Of a stretch of DNA of 64,000 nt, positions 63,645-64,000 are shown one piece after another. Within the stretch, counting starts at the first letter, position 1, and the number at the start of each line of letters is the position of its first letter. Location: positions 22,467,695 to 22,531,694 of the forward strand of contig NC_069002.1 of assembly GCF_001194135.2 (NCBI RefSeq). Direction: 5' to 3'. The notes beneath the pieces are model-generated. The model worked only from the letters and a program-made list of their open reading frames with translations, had not been told where the DNA came from and did not search any database. This stretch comes from Octopus bimaculoides. Its lineage: Eukaryota. Made by a program: the position numbers and the translations under genes.

Positions 63645-63968
63645 ATGGCACAATGGTTAGAGTGTCAGCCATGAGATAGTGAGTTCAATTCTCGGACTGG
63701 GCTGTGTGTTGTGTTCTTGAGCAAGACACTATTTTACGTTGCTCCAGCTGTAGAAATGAGTTGCGACATTACTGGTGCTAAGCTGTATCAGACTTTGCCT
63801 TTTCCATGGATAACATTGGGGGCACGGAGAGAGGAGACTGGTATGCATGGGCAACTGCTGGTCTTCCATAAACAACCTTGTCTGGACTTGTGGTGAAGAG
63901 GGGAACTTTCTAGGTGCAATCCCATGGTCATTTATGACCAAAGGAGGTCTTTATTCTTTTTTTTATAA

Positions 63969-63990
<22 letters not shown>
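63645..63990 (+). mobile_element. tRNA-headed SINE
   Basis: Head gcatggcacaatggttagag...gagttcaattctc, body cttgagcaagacac. Confidence 0.7.

Positions 63991-64000
<10 letters not shown>

Overview
AT-rich, microsatellite- and transposon-dense eukaryotic draft scaffold with many N gaps. The SINE, RTE-LINE and Dong/R4 repertoire suggests a coleoid cephalopod, probably Octopus (inference). The window lies within one minus-strand gene, a secretory carrier-associated membrane protein (SCAMP). Eight coding exons were read by hand with GT-AG sites and consistent phases: 54811-54897, 36133-36285, 24603-24669, 23160-23288, 21371-21530, 17179-17277, 7099-7216 and 5681-5798. The ATG exon and the terminal exon were not found and probably lie outside the window or in a gap. 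Main discovery: the exon for the second luminal loop plus TM4 is present twice (7099-7216 and 5681-5798). Both copies are 118 nt, phase 2/0 and open, yet only 5/39 residues are identical, and including both gives an early stop. This is the signature of an old mutually exclusive exon pair. Candidate regulatory structures lie nearby: a ~93-bp foldback, inverted RTE tails and a 600-nt pyrimidine tract. The introns also hold a minimal hammerhead ribozyme motif of Penelope type, a perfect 146-bp spacerless palindrome, a solo LTR inside a SINE, a full-length decayed mariner, piggyBac-type MITEs, Dong/R4 3' ends in (TAA)n, RTE copies with unusual junctions and an interstitial (CCCTAA)n tract. Most long ORFs in the supplied track are N-gap or microsatellite artefacts.
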